Source of the DNA: a virus
Reading direction: 5' to 3' (one strand)
Length of the DNA stretch: 64,000 nucleotides
Virus record (IMG/VR): IMGVR_UViG_3300013947_000003
Span: 1-64,000 of that record
In this document: positions 13,210 to 25,533 of the stretch, piece after piece
Layout: the number at the start of each line of letters is the position of its first letter
How positions within the stretch are numbered: the stretch's first letter is position 1
Translations under genes and position numbers: made by a program
The notes under the pieces: model-generated
Database searches by the model: none
Told to the model about the DNA's origin: nothing
The model's input: the letters and a program-made list of their open reading frames with translations, nothing else

Positions 13210-16068
13210 TTACTGTTTCTATTTATTATTACCTTTAGTGGTATTATATCCCCAATATCTAAGAATATCATCAGATATAGGAGCGCCAGATTCTATTAAA
13301 CCTGCCATCATATTTCTATTCATATTTTCATATCCAAGATCTCCAATAAATTTAAGAAGTCCTGATATATTAGCTGCCTTTGCAGCATCTGCAGTGTCTT
13401 TAATTTTTTGTTTTGCCTCTGCTGCAGCTAAAAGGTTCTTAGTGTATTCCCACTTATTAGAATTTAAAGTTGCTTGATTTGCTTTATCTGCTTCTAACTA
13501 TCCTTGTGCATTGAACTAATCTGTAGCAGTTGCTTGTTTAACACTTTCTATTCTATTCTGTAGATTTTCTTTATTAACCTAAGCAATGGCATTTCCTATA
13601 CTGCCAATTGTGTTATAATTATTTGAAAGTATTCCAGCTAAAGCTGTAGCTCTATTTGCGCCACTATTATTAACAATCGCCCTCTATGCTCCTGCAGACT
13701 ATGCTTTTATTTGATTGGCTAAAGACTAAATATCCAGAGGTGTGTAGGGAAGGTAGTTGTACGTTTTATTAAACCCAACAGGCTAGTAGGTCCTACTGTT
13801 TTTTAAAGAGGCATCTATAGCAGCAAAATTACTATAATCAGGTTTATTAGTAATACCTAATAAATCTGTTAATGTTCCTGCCGCTAAACCCAAACCGGAA
13901 GCATATCTTAGCCACTCAGGACGTCTTTTTATTGGAGCAGCTTCTAGAAAGGCTCTTTCCTATGTTGCGGGTTTCTATACAAAATAATGATCTGTGTATG
14001 TAGTATCTCCTTCTACAACCCCTGTTTTTGTTTTAGATGGATCATATAACCAACCGATATTATTTGGATCTTTAGACCATTTACTATAATTAGGGATTAA
14101 AGTAGTCTAAGGCATACCGTGTTCATCGAGCATATAAGTATAATACCTATCTCCAAATTTAGGTTCTGTTTTTCCGGGATTTAGTTTTTTATACCAATAT
14201 CCTAAAGCATCCATACCAAATTTATGTGCATCAGAAAAAGCAGAAGAATTACCTGTGGGGCCATCATACATCAATCCCATATTTCTGTCTTTTCCCAACA
14301 ACTCATCCATAGTAGGAGCTATTTTATTCCTTAGAAAATAGTTCTAAGCATTCTTAGGATTACTCCACCAGCCTTTTGCATATTGCAGCCCTTCATCAGA
14401 TCTGAGCCATTCTATAAATCTAGGATCTTTATATATATTAGCATATTGTCTAGTTTGTGGATTATACAAATGCTCTCCCTCAAACTGGAAATTAGACCAT
14501 TTACCATATATATCTGGATTATATCTGGCTGTTGGTCCTCCAGGATATTTAGAATACTGTGTTTTAACAAAATCTTGAGAGTTTAGTGCCTATATAACAT
14601 CATTTATTATATCCTTCCCTACCCCTATATACTAAGGCTATTCTCCAAGCCCATCAAATAAATTTAAAGAGCCACCATGCGCAAACTCTGTATATGCAGG
14701 AAACCCTTCCTACTACTATTGTTGTAACATCTATTGTTGTTCTTCCTATTCTAACTGCTAATTATAAGCCTACTATAGTTGTTGTTGCTAAGCAGCCATT
14801 AAAACTTCAGATTGTTGTTGGGGGGTCATATTATTATATGCCTGTCTTATTTTTTTCTGTTCAGCCTAAATTCTTTTTTCCTCAGTATCCTAAATTAACA
14901 TATTAAGGAAAAACTCTCTTCCTGCTATACTAATAGGATCATTGGGTCTCTCTTCAGATTCTTTAGTTACTTTCATGGCTACTTCAGATATAGGCAATGG
15001 TTTTTTGCTTTTTATGCCATAATCCTTAAGTCTATTTACAGACAGTTTTAATCTATGAGGAAATACATAATCAGGTTGCCCATCGGTTAATTTAATGACT
15101 TCATCTTGTTCTACTAGGTTAGGAGTGCCATCCTAAGCTATTCCCATTAATACCCCTCTGTTAGGATTCTATTCATGTGTTCCTCCTTCTCCAATATAAT
15201 TAATCCCAGTACTGAAATTAGCTCCATTAGTCATTAAATCGCCTCCAAAAGCGTGTTCCCAGCCTGCAGCATTTCTAGCAAAGTTTGCTTTTTTTATCAT
15301 AGCACTACTATAATTTTCTTTGTTATTTAAAATATGGTTTGCAAATTCCTATACGCCCATATTATGTTTTTTGGCAGCGGCAGTAAAAGTACCTTTTCTT
15401 GAAGGCTTTATTCTAATATTACCACCATTGGCAAAAGATGCCTGTAACTGCTAATTTTTATTCATTACTGCATTATGTGCAGCATTGTTCTAAACATTTG
15501 TCTACCAAGCAAAAGCACTATCCTAAGCCTCTCTTAAAGCATTTGCTTTTTTAGCAACTTTATTAGAAAACCATCCATCAGTTCCTATATACTTATTACT
15601 AAACTCCATAGCTTTATTTGATGTAGCCGCCTCACCTGCTAATGAATCTAAACTCATATTACTGTCCAATTGATATGCTTTTGCTTCATCTATACCTGCT
15701 TGAACATTAGCTATGTTCTACTCATTAAATTTAGCGCCAAACATTCTATTAGTAAGACCTCCCACAACATTTAGTGCTGCGCTTGCCACTGCTCCCCAAG
15801 GTCCCGGTATTGCGCTTGCAATACTACTAAGCCCCTATAAAGCATTTCCAACACCTGAAGACAGCCCTCCAGATATAGCACTACCAACTGCAGCACTCGC
15901 AGGTCCTGCAACAGACTGTGCTATACTTCCAAAGTTTAAGCCTGTATTGGCTTTGGCAGTAGGGGCTTCAATATTAGGAGATAGGAGGCCTTTTTGCATT
16001 GCTTGCTACTTTAAAACCTCCGGGCTTGTACCCCCAAAATTATATGATATTTTCGATAAATCAAACAT
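13210..16068 (-). CDS. large tail/cargo-associated protein (952 aa) with a poly-Q tract
   Basis: Runs from ATG 16066-16068 to TAA 13210-13212, two nt before the next ATG. It has dozens of in-frame TAG codons and a poly-Q tract at 14710-14799 built from TAG, CAA and CAG. Confidence 0.75.
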
Positions 16069-16090
16069 GTTGTCATAATTATTTATTGTA

Positions 16091-16098
16091 CAAAGATA
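16091..16098 (-). promoter_or_regulatory. Bacteroidota-type -7 promoter box TAnnTTTG (TATCTTTG)
   Basis: The reverse complement of caaagata lies 23 nt upstream of ATG 16068 and just downstream of a terminator hairpin. Confidence 0.5.
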
Positions 16099-16129
16099 TA
16101 TAAAGTTCTTTATATCAACAACTAAATAA

Positions 16130-16168
16130 CTTAAAAAATAATAGGGATATAAGTGTTACCTATATCCC
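16130..16168 (-). terminator. rho-independent terminator
   Basis: On the minus strand, stem GGGATATA / TATATCCC is followed by TATTATTTTTT. It is nested within an outer inverted repeat AAATAACTTAA / TTAAGTTATTT. Confidence 0.7.
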
Positions 16169-16175
16169 CATTAAG

Positions 16176-19100
16176 TTATTTAGTATAATGTACTGTTATA
16201 CTATTTATTTTTGCAGTTTTTGTATTATTTAATTTTAAAGAAATTTCTGTCCAAGGATTTCTAATTCTCTGTCTTCCAACTCTTGGCAACTATGTTCTCC
16301 AAAGTCTAAATTTCTTTTTAAAGTTATCTCCTTTGGCTTCTTGATAGTCATTAGTTACAGTAACTTCTTTTATAGGACAAAGGTTTTCATCGTCATAAAA
16401 TTCTTTGTTGTTATAATATACACCACCATCTATATCTAAGGTGTCAAATATTTTAACAATATCTGATTTATCAGTACTTATAAATGATATACTTGAAGTA
16501 TCGTCTCCTAAGTATGTATCACCATTAAACAATTCATATACATCAGAATCTGCAGGATTCTCTTCTCCACGAAAACCAACAAGCTTGCCCCCTAAACATT
16601 CTGTTCCCAAAATGCCATTAAGTGAATATTTAGAGATATAAGTTCCTAATAACGCTGAATAGTTTAATGCACTTCTAGTATCATTAGGAAGATAATACAC
16701 ATCATTATATCTGTAATCATAAGCTAATCTTATCCCTGATACTGTAGGTTTATATTTAGGTGTCCATATAGCACTTAAATTATTATTTTTATGCCATTGA
16801 AACATTTTGTTAGGCGTTGATAAATCCTATACTTGCTACCCATTAAACCCATATAATCCTGAATTATTCCCATCAATAAAGTAAACCATTTCCTTACCTT
16901 TACAAATACCAAATGGGTTTTGCATGCCTATAGTATTATTAATAATTCTAATACCGCTTACTTTATCACTATTTGCAATTTCTATAGGAACACCATCTGA
17001 AGACTATATCTATACTCTGTCATTATATAAAATCTAATTTAAAGCATTATTCTATAAACAGAATATATTATCTCCTAGTGAAAATAAATCTGTTATTGGC
17101 CCATTAGCACCGTCAACATTTAATGTATTAGCTAATGATATGTTAGTCCAAACATCAGTATCTGCACCACTAGATTTAGTTAAACTCCAAGTTATTTGGT
17201 TGTGAAAACTATTCTAAGAATAAAATTCATCAGGCAGTTTATTATAATTAAAGAAATTGTCTTTCTACGAGTATACAGGATTTATTTTGTTAAAATTAGT
17301 ATTATTAGTAGTCCAATTAGTTAACATACCAATTCTATTATCATACCTGCCATCAAAATTAATCCAAGATTCACAAAGAAAAGATCCTATTTCCACAACC
17401 TAATTTTCATCATCTAAATTAGCAGCATAGGTCTTTAAACAATCATATCTACCAAAGAAACAATCTCCATACTCTATAGAGAGTGCCTATGGTTCAGTAT
17501 AACTTCTTTGTATTCTAACAGCTTTTCCTGCAGGAACCCACATATTATTATTTAATGCTTGTTCTGAGACGCCTCCAAATAAATTTTTATTATAATCGCT
17601 TTCTTCATCATCTGCTCCCTTCCTTACTAATTCTGCTAATAATAAATAAGGAGCAGGTTTTTTAAAATCAGTATTACTTAAACTATGTTTAAATGGTTCG
17701 GGAAGTTCTTCTTCTGCCTCAACCTCTTTCCATAGAAGGTCTCTTTTAAATTTAAAAGTTTCGGGTTTCTGATTAGTATCTTGAGTAGGGGTAGTTATAG
17801 TGCCATTACTGTCAACAGGTGCTTCAGACAGTTTACATCCTACAATTTTACTGTTTGCCCAAACTTCTCCTTCTTCATCTTCTTCTGGCTTAAATGGAAA
17901 TGTTGTCAACTCTTTCTATACAAATCCATACAATTTTCCATTTGCTTCTATATGATTTAACTTTGCATAAACGTAGTTGTTAGCAACGTCTCTCTCTATG
18001 GCTCCTAAAGATTCTGCATTAACGGTTATTTTAATATTTATACCAAAGTAATCAGGTTCATTTTCAAATATAGCTATAATTGCTTGTTTAATATCATCAT
18101 TTGATGGGGTTTCTGGGCTAATATTTAAACTTAAATCACTTGCAGGGAAACATAAAGTACAATCGGGTTGTATTTTAAATAATGGTGGAGCATTATTTAC
18201 CTAATCGGGAATATATCCTGTTTTAGTTTCTATATTATTGTTTTCCTATAATACACCATTATTCAATCTACAAATTGCCCAAGTATTATAAGCAGTATTA
18301 GACTCTTTAGGTTTTTGGGAAATAACCCATCCGGTTATATTAGACATATAAGTGGAATCTATATATACACCTATATACTAAATTTCCATAGTTTCATATC
18401 CGGAATCTCCAGTATAGTCCTTTTCAGGATCTATTTGATTACCACTGTATTTATAATACCAATCAGGAAGAGTATACTCCTTATCACCACTAAAGTCTTC
18501 ATAGAACTTAACTCTAGGTAGTAGGGTAGCATAGGCTTCTTTACTTTTATTCTCTTTATCATCTGTTACTTCTACACAATCATTTGGCAAACTTATTACT
18601 AAATGAGGAGAAGATAGATATTTCATTCTTACTGGAGAACTGCTATAAAGAGGACCTGAAAATCCAGAATCAGTATCAGTATTACTTCCTATGTAGTACT
18701 CTTCTGATGCTGTTAATAAAGTGTCTACATTGCCCTAATACTATACAGATTGCTATAGATACGGCAAGTCTAAATAGTTGATCGTTTGTTCTCCATAGTT
18801 CATTACCAACTATATATCTTTAGGATTATATGTTAATATATTAGGAGAAATTTCAGCAGAATTAAATACTTTAATATTAGATATTTGTTTCTTTAACAGA
18901 ATAGAAGATTGTGCATCTCCTTTATCATGATTACTGTCATTATTTAAAGAACCAGTTCTCTACCAAGTACTTACAAGCCAGCTTTCATTATACTTAGATG
19001 TTATTACTTTGTCATCTTTTTCTATTACAGCATAATCTCGCCACCAACTCCCTCCAACAGCACCTCCGTTAATATCAAATACACTATTTGGATTATTTAT

Positions 19101-20912
19101 ATAGCCTACAGGTTTAAATACAAAACCTCCTGAAGGGGATTTAGCGGGAGATTTAGTTTCTATATTCACATTACCATATATAGAGTTTAAAGGAACTGCA
19201 CCTATAATCTAAAGTTCATAGCCTGTATAATCTATAGACCATAAGTCTTCATTATAACTTAAATCAGGAGAATTAAAAGTAACTATATTCTCATCTATAT
19301 AAAACTGGGAATTGTATTTATTATCTGCAAACTTAGGTATTTCGTTTGTAGGTGTTGTGTTCCCAATTTCCTCTTTGTTTAAAACATCAAAATTGTTAAA
19401 CTAAATATAATCACCTCTTTTTTCACCATATAGTGCACTGCCTTCATATTTTTTATTATACACAGGTCTGAAAAACCAAGAAGATTGTGCAAATGGAGCA
19501 TTTGTCATCCTGCCATAATAATTAAAAACTGTGGGGCATAAAACTCCTTGTGCTAAAGATCTTTTATCTGTGAATTTAGGATATACTACAACAGCTCTTA
19601 GTTTTCTAATTCCCAAATCATATAACTCTTTTTGAAAATTTGCAATGCCTAACTATATTTCTGCAGTTCCTGTAGTAATCATAAGCTGCCCCTAAGTATA
19701 GTCTAAACTAACAACCGGGTAGACCTAATTAATAATTATATCCCCCATATATACAGGAACTGACCAAGTACCGTCTTTATACTACCCCTGTATTCCTATT
19801 CTATATTTCTAATTATATTTAAATATTCCAGAATACTCTTTATTTAGGTTCTATATTTTATAATAATACTAATTAACACTAAATTTTTGCTTTTCCCCCT
19901 ATCTTCTATCCCCCTCCTAAATTTCTTGTTTATCTTTAAATAATTGCATAAACTTTAGATCTTTCGAAGGTAAAGTGAGATTGCCTAAAAATAAAGTATT
20001 ATCTTTCTATGTTATAGCTCCTGCATAAAACTCCTTTCCTCCTATATATAATAGTAATGTAGGATCAATAGTTTCCTGATAATCTCCATTATCTGTAACA
20101 GTTGCAGAAGATTCTGTTATTTTTAGATCTTTAACAATATGTACAGAAGGAGTTTGATTTAAAGAAGTTCTGTGTATAGAATATATTCTTACAAAATCAA
20201 AATTTGTATCTATATTTTCAATGGTTATTTTAAATGAATTAGAATATCTTTTAGAAGGATCACCTGCTTTGTCTATATCTGAAATATAATATAATGGTGA
20301 TACTATAGCAAGATTAGACTCTTGGCCGTATAAATTATAATACGTTATTCCATATTGTATTACCCCGGGACTGAATACCCCGCCACCATAAGTCTTTTCT
20401 ATATTTAGGGTTTCATTTAACTATAGTTCAGGAACAAAATCAAATATACTAGTATTAGTTATTTTAGAATCAGGAGTTTCAATATATTTTGAGATGTTTA
20501 TAACTCTAGGAGGCCTAGTTGGCTATACCCAATATACTTTTTGTGTCTTTTCATTTTCATAAACAAACAGAGTTTTTAATCCGACATCTCCATCTAATAT
20601 AGGAGAGGCAATTTGGGCAATTATTTCTTCATTGTATTTTTCATTAATATATTCAACTTTGTAAATATATGTTGCAGTATCTTGAGTAAATACTATAGCC
20701 ATATTATCAGTTATTTTACAATGTCCAATATAATTACCTGTCATACTAGAACTAACTAAATTAGCCCCCTTTTCAGTAGTTATAGAAAACTATGTTGGAT
20801 TGTCTCTATCTGTGATTCTAATATTTAAAGCATCTCTAAGAGCTGCAGGTTCTTGATATATTTCTGCAGAGTCTTGTTGTAAGCTCTAAAATATATGTTT
20901 ATCTACTTCCAT
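16176..20912 (-). CDS. giant tail protein (about 1578 aa), tail fibre / tail-associated
   Basis: Six track ORFs (16290-16805 through 20523-20744) share one frame. The start is AAGGAGG-n5-ATG at 20910-20912. The TAG at 16290 reads through to TAA 16176-16178, immediately before the terminator hairpin. Confidence 0.7.
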
Positions 20913-21607
20913 TAATGCCTCCTTATTTTTTCTTGTATACTATTAGTCCTAAATCCTCTATTATGCTCAGTAACTCTGGAAATTAATGTATTCCAACTAT
21001 TAGTAAACGCCTACATTTGATCTACTGTAGGCATTATCAAACTTGATTGTGCTTGACCTACGGCCCAAGCATATTCCTACTGAACATTTTGATAAACATT
21101 AGCATTTATCTTCTGTAAATCAAACAGTATAGTAAATGTTTGTTTTTTTATATATAATTCCAATGCCCTAATAAATGCTGCATTATCAGGAATTAAAGGA
21201 TATCCTTCTTCATCTACTGCAATGGCTCTATATGCTATTTCTATAGTACCTTCTTTTATAGAAGTAAAAATGCAATTGCCTTGCAGTTTATAGCAAAAAC
21301 CTGAATCTTGTTTGTAGGATGACATGTGAAAATTGTCAGTACTATATACAAACGTCTATTCTAGCTGTCTGTCACAATTCTACACTAAGGTTCTTACCTA
21401 TATCATTTCATAAAAATCACAAGGCAATAGTGCCCTATAATCTTTTATCTCTAGCTATTCAGTTTTTTCAATAAACATATTAGGCATTCCTACTATGCGT
21501 ATAAACTGCTGTGCATAGTTAATCGCTCTTTCTAAACTTACATCCTAAAGTAAGGGATGATTTAATATGTTATCTAAAACCTCTTTTATTGATATATAAT
21601 TAACCAT
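20912..21607 (-). CDS. virion structural protein (231 aa)
   Basis: Translated by eye from ATG 21605-21607 to TAA 20912-20914, which overlaps the next ATG (TAATG). It has about 9 in-frame TAG codons. Confidence 0.7.
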
Positions 21608-22127
21608 ATAACCAAGTATCTATTTTATTATCTTTTAATAAAGCTGCAAGTTGTCTTTTAAATGTTCTATTAGGATAGAAGAAAAATACCTATTTATTTT
21701 TATAATTTGCTTTAATTTTACTATATATGATTTTAAATATATACTATGCAGTATTATAAATGAGAATCCTTTTATCAAATGCTTCCTTATCTTGATTCCA
21801 ATATTCTAAAGTTTCTCCCCAATTTATTGCTTTTTTAATTTTAAGCTTTCCGTCTTTTATCACCACTTTAGTTTTGTTTTTAACAAGTTCTATTCTGCCC
21901 ATCTTATGTGGCAAAACAATACACTGCTTAGTAAAAAATTGTTGAATCAGCTCTTTATTAATATTTCTGATTATAAAGTAAAACTGGTGCTAAGTAATTG
22001 GACCTCCTATATCAAGCCATTTGTTTCTTCTAATCCATTTATAAACATCATATACACCAAAAGAATTTCTTACTTTGTGAATCTTTGGACCATGTGCCTT
22101 AACTATCTAAAGTTTAAAATCATCCAT
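21600..22127 (-). CDS. hypothetical protein (175 aa)
   Basis: The ATG at 22125-22127 forms an ATGGATGA overlap with the upstream TGA. The TAA at 21600-21602 overlaps the next ATG. The plus-strand ORF 21906-22175 is its antisense shadow. Confidence 0.6.
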
Positions 22128-22866
22128 TACCACGCGACTAACTCTAATTTCCGTCAATTTGTTCTTGTAAATTAGATTTAACATTTTGACGTATATAAGA
22201 CATTAAATCTGAAAGGGCGTCTTTATCATCATTTTCAGAATCCTCAGGTCTATAAGAGGCTCCCAACAACAACTACACAACTGCATTTATAGCATTGCCA
22301 ACTAAAGCTTCTTCTAAAGGAAATTCCTTATCTAAAAAGTCTTGGCATTTATTATCCTCAGTGTTACAGCTTTCTGCAACTTTATCAGGCTCTTCAAATA
22401 TACCTGTCATCTTTAAATTTTTTAAATACAGATGCTGAGGATTACTTCCTTTTAAATATAAATAGTTGTCAGGCCCTATTGATGCATATATTATATTTTT
22501 AAGCCATTTATTATGACCAACATACTTCATTCTTTCTCTAGAAACTAAAGTAATGGAAGTATTATAAAAGTCTTCAGAGTATAAATTAAATGTTCCTATA
22601 TTTAACAGCGTAGGAATAACATTCTTACTTCTGAGATAGGAAGTATTCCTACAAATACCTCCATCTGTTTTTATTTCTAATGGAATACACAAAGTCTAAT
22701 AATTAGACTATGATACCTCCCTTTTAATAGTTGAGTATTTCTGTTCTAGTATGGCGGCTCTTACTTTAGAAAGTAAAAACTTTACGTGGTCTTCTGTAAA
22801 GTAAGAATCTTCTGAAGATAGCTTAACCTGATCTAGACACATATATATTATTTCTCTATAAGTCAT
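22120..22866 (-). CDS. head-tail/neck-type structural protein (248 aa)
   Basis: The start is ATG 22864-22866 (MTYREIIYMCLDQVKLSSED...). Track ORF 22273-22692 continues through three TAG codons to TGA 22120-22122, which overlaps the next start. Confidence 0.65.
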
Positions 22867-22888
22867 ATCATTTATAATTAAGGACTTG

Positions 22889-22896
22889 CAAATATA
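22889..22896 (-). promoter_or_regulatory. -7 box TATATTTG
   Basis: Lies 23 nt upstream of ATG 22866, inside the loop of the AAGGACTTG / CAAGTCCTT hairpin (22880-22925). Confidence 0.4.
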
Positions 22897-22944
22897 ATTA
22901 TATTAATTAATATTCACAAGTCCTTTATTAATATTATCAGATTA

Positions 22945-23277
22945 TTATAATGGACGTCTTATTTGATCATCCATAACTCGTAACTTATTGTCTTCCTAAG
23001 AAATCCTACAATTAGTATTATAAAATAGTATTGGTTTACTAACTAAATTTTCAACAATTATTGGATACGGAATTAAACAATCTTTACCATATAAACAATA
23101 TACTGCTTTTTGTAAATATTGATAATCTTCTTCTGTAAGATAGTAATACAAAGGTTCTTCAAAGAATTCCTATATTATACTATATGCCAACAGTCTGTTT
23201 ACAGATGCTGTAGATAAATAACCGGTTCTTTCAAGTATTTTAAAATACTACTCTAAAGATTTATATAAATCATCCAT
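22945..23277 (-). CDS. hypothetical protein (110 aa)
   Basis: Translated by eye. The ATG at 23275-23277 overlaps the upstream TGA (ATGGATGA). The stop is TAA 22945-22947. It has 3 in-frame TAG codons. Confidence 0.6.
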
Positions 23278-23833
23278 TACATCCACAGGGTTTTGAAGTT
23301 GTTATAATCTATTTATTGTTTCCATAAAACTGCTCCCAAATATTAATAGCTTCTTGATAGTGTCCTGTATCTATTGAAGTTTGTAGCATTTTATATCGTA
23401 AAAAAGCATTTATTAAATTAGTAGGAACTGTGCAAGTATTCGAAAGTTCTTTAATATACTACATCATAATGTCATATATACTTTTTACATCATATACAAC
23501 CCCCATAATATATTCAGAATCACATCCACAGGGAGTATCGGGACTTGGGGAACCACTGGTTTCTATATAAACAAATAAAAGTTTTTCATTTAATGAAGAT
23601 AGTTTTATATCCATTAAATCTTTTGCAGATAAACATAATTCTATCTCTTTAGTATTTTCTACTTCTATTTTATGAAATCCGGATTCCTAAGAAGGCCAAC
23701 TAACATAATAATCCGTCCCTATAAGTATTTTTGAAATATACACATCTTTATAATAAGAACTATTATCAACAAATGCTGATATAATTAATTTCCCTCTTTC
23801 CTAGTCTATTCTTAATTCTTTAAAATGTACCAT
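23270..23833 (-). CDS. hypothetical protein (187 aa)
   Basis: Translated by eye from ATG 23831-23833, directly after a terminator, to TGA 23270-23272. It has 4 in-frame TAG codons. Confidence 0.6.
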
Positions 23834-23871
23834 AATAAAAAGAAAGGGGAGGGGATAATAATCCCTTCCCC
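23834..23871 (-). terminator. rho-independent terminator
   Basis: A GGGGAAGGGA / TCCCCTCCCC hairpin is followed by TTTCTTTTTATT on the minus strand, directly after the TGA at 23893. Confidence 0.7.
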
Positions 23872-23892
23872 TTATATTTAAGTTGTTAATAA

Positions 23893-24834
23893 TCAATAAG
23901 TACCTTCTACGTAGGTGATGCCCGATGTATCTAAAAACTTAGTGGCAACACTAGCATCATCTTTGTCATTAGTTACAGTAAGACCATTAGGAACTGCTAT
24001 AGTAAGAGTTTTCTCAGACTTTTGCGGGCCTTCATTAGGACCTGTATAGCAGTAATGAATGTCATACAAAGTATATTCCTTGGTAGCATCTACTTTATAC
24101 TTAGTAGGAATTACATTAGGCCATCCTATATTTCTATATTGATCGCCTCTTTCACCTAAACAGAAGTATTCAAGATCTGCAACCATCTTACCATTCTTAA
24201 ATGTCTTAGTTACAGTTCTATCAAGGGTTGCAGTGCCCCAAACTACTTCATCGCCCTGCTAAATTATAGTGCCTGGAGTAACATCAAAATCTACATAGTT
24301 TACAGGCATAGTACCCAAATTCCAAGCTTGCTCTACTTCGGCAATATAGAAACTAGTAAGGTCGTCAGGTACAGTTTTTTCGGTAAGAGGAGTCGCAAGA
24401 GTATTGTCAGCATAGAAAGCTACTAACGGAGCTACTTCTCTACTAAAGTTTTTAATAAGAGATTTAATCATTGCTTGATAAAACTGTCCTTTAGTCATGC
24501 CTGCAACAGCATGTACTGCACCATACTTAAAGTAGAAGTCTTCTTCAGACATGCCAAGATAATTCTTGATAGTAATTCTAAGAATGTAATCCTGACCAGA
24601 AATGGGATCATCAGTAAGCTCCACTTTATATGCTTTAACCGTATGTTCAAGCTTTTCAGAAGAGGTTTTAGTTGCCCAAAGAACTTTATCAGAGGTGAAT
24701 ATATCACTTCTTATAGGAGTGCCCAAAGCATCTGTAGTCTGTAAATAAATTTGATTTTTTGCGTTCTTAGTAAGTTTATCACCAGCACTTACTACGTAAA
24801 AATGTCTAACTTGATTTGTTGAAAAAACAGCCAT
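23893..24834 (-). CDS. abundant head-associated structural protein (313 aa; auxiliary capsid or head-fibre candidate)
   Basis: Track ORFs 24259-24834 and 23893-24186 are in the same frame and joined by one TAG. A strong terminator follows. The function is inferred from position only. Confidence 0.6.
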
Positions 24835-24858
24835 AATAATATTTGTGTTAAATTAAAC

Positions 24859-25533
24859 TTATTTTGTTGCACTACTTTTAGCTTTGATTGCCAGGCTAAC
24901 GGCACCATCTAAAATCATTTGATGTAGTACAGCATTCAATTTGCATTCGTTTTTTGTTGAAATACCTGATATTGTAAGACCATCAGGAAGGTCTTCTAAA
25001 ATTATAGGTTCCGGCTACTATAAATATCTATAGGTATATGAAGTTATAGTGGTACCATCAGGGGGATATAATACTACTGCTTCCCCCTAATTAGTTTCAA
25101 ATCTATCAACTCTAAGGATTCTATTATTATAATTTCCTCTAAATGGATTACGTCTTATTCTATTTAGTTCATCATGTCTTACAGGAATTACATCTGCATT
25201 AATCTCACAGTTTCCATTTGTAATTGTAGCCTCTTCATGTACAACAAACCAAACATTGTCTTCAGTATCAAAAACTACTGTATAAGTTCCATCAATATTG
25301 TCTATAAAGGATGCTTTTTTAGTTTTAACTAAAATATTTAAGTATCTTCTTAACTCTTGAGTTTCCTCAAAACCCGAAAATGATGAATTCCCACTATAAA
25401 GTGACTTTACAATTTCTTCCTAAGCTTTAGTTAAAAATACTGATTTCTCATACTCGTTTAATACAAGTGCTCCATCTTTAGAATAACTATTTAAAAGTAG
25501 ATCAAATTGATTGGAAAATTCTTCTATTGTCAT
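24859..25533 (-). CDS. structural protein, paralogue 2 (224 aa)
   Basis: The N-terminus MTIEEFSNQFDLLLNS...EYEKSVFLTKAQEEIV parallels the upstream gene. The ATG overlaps the upstream TGA (ATGA). The stop is TAA 24859-24861. Confidence 0.65.

Noticed and set aside
21906-22175. Plus-strand 89-aa ORF.
   Set aside because: It is in exact antisense codon register with the minus-strand gene 21600-22127, which has coupled start and stop junctions.
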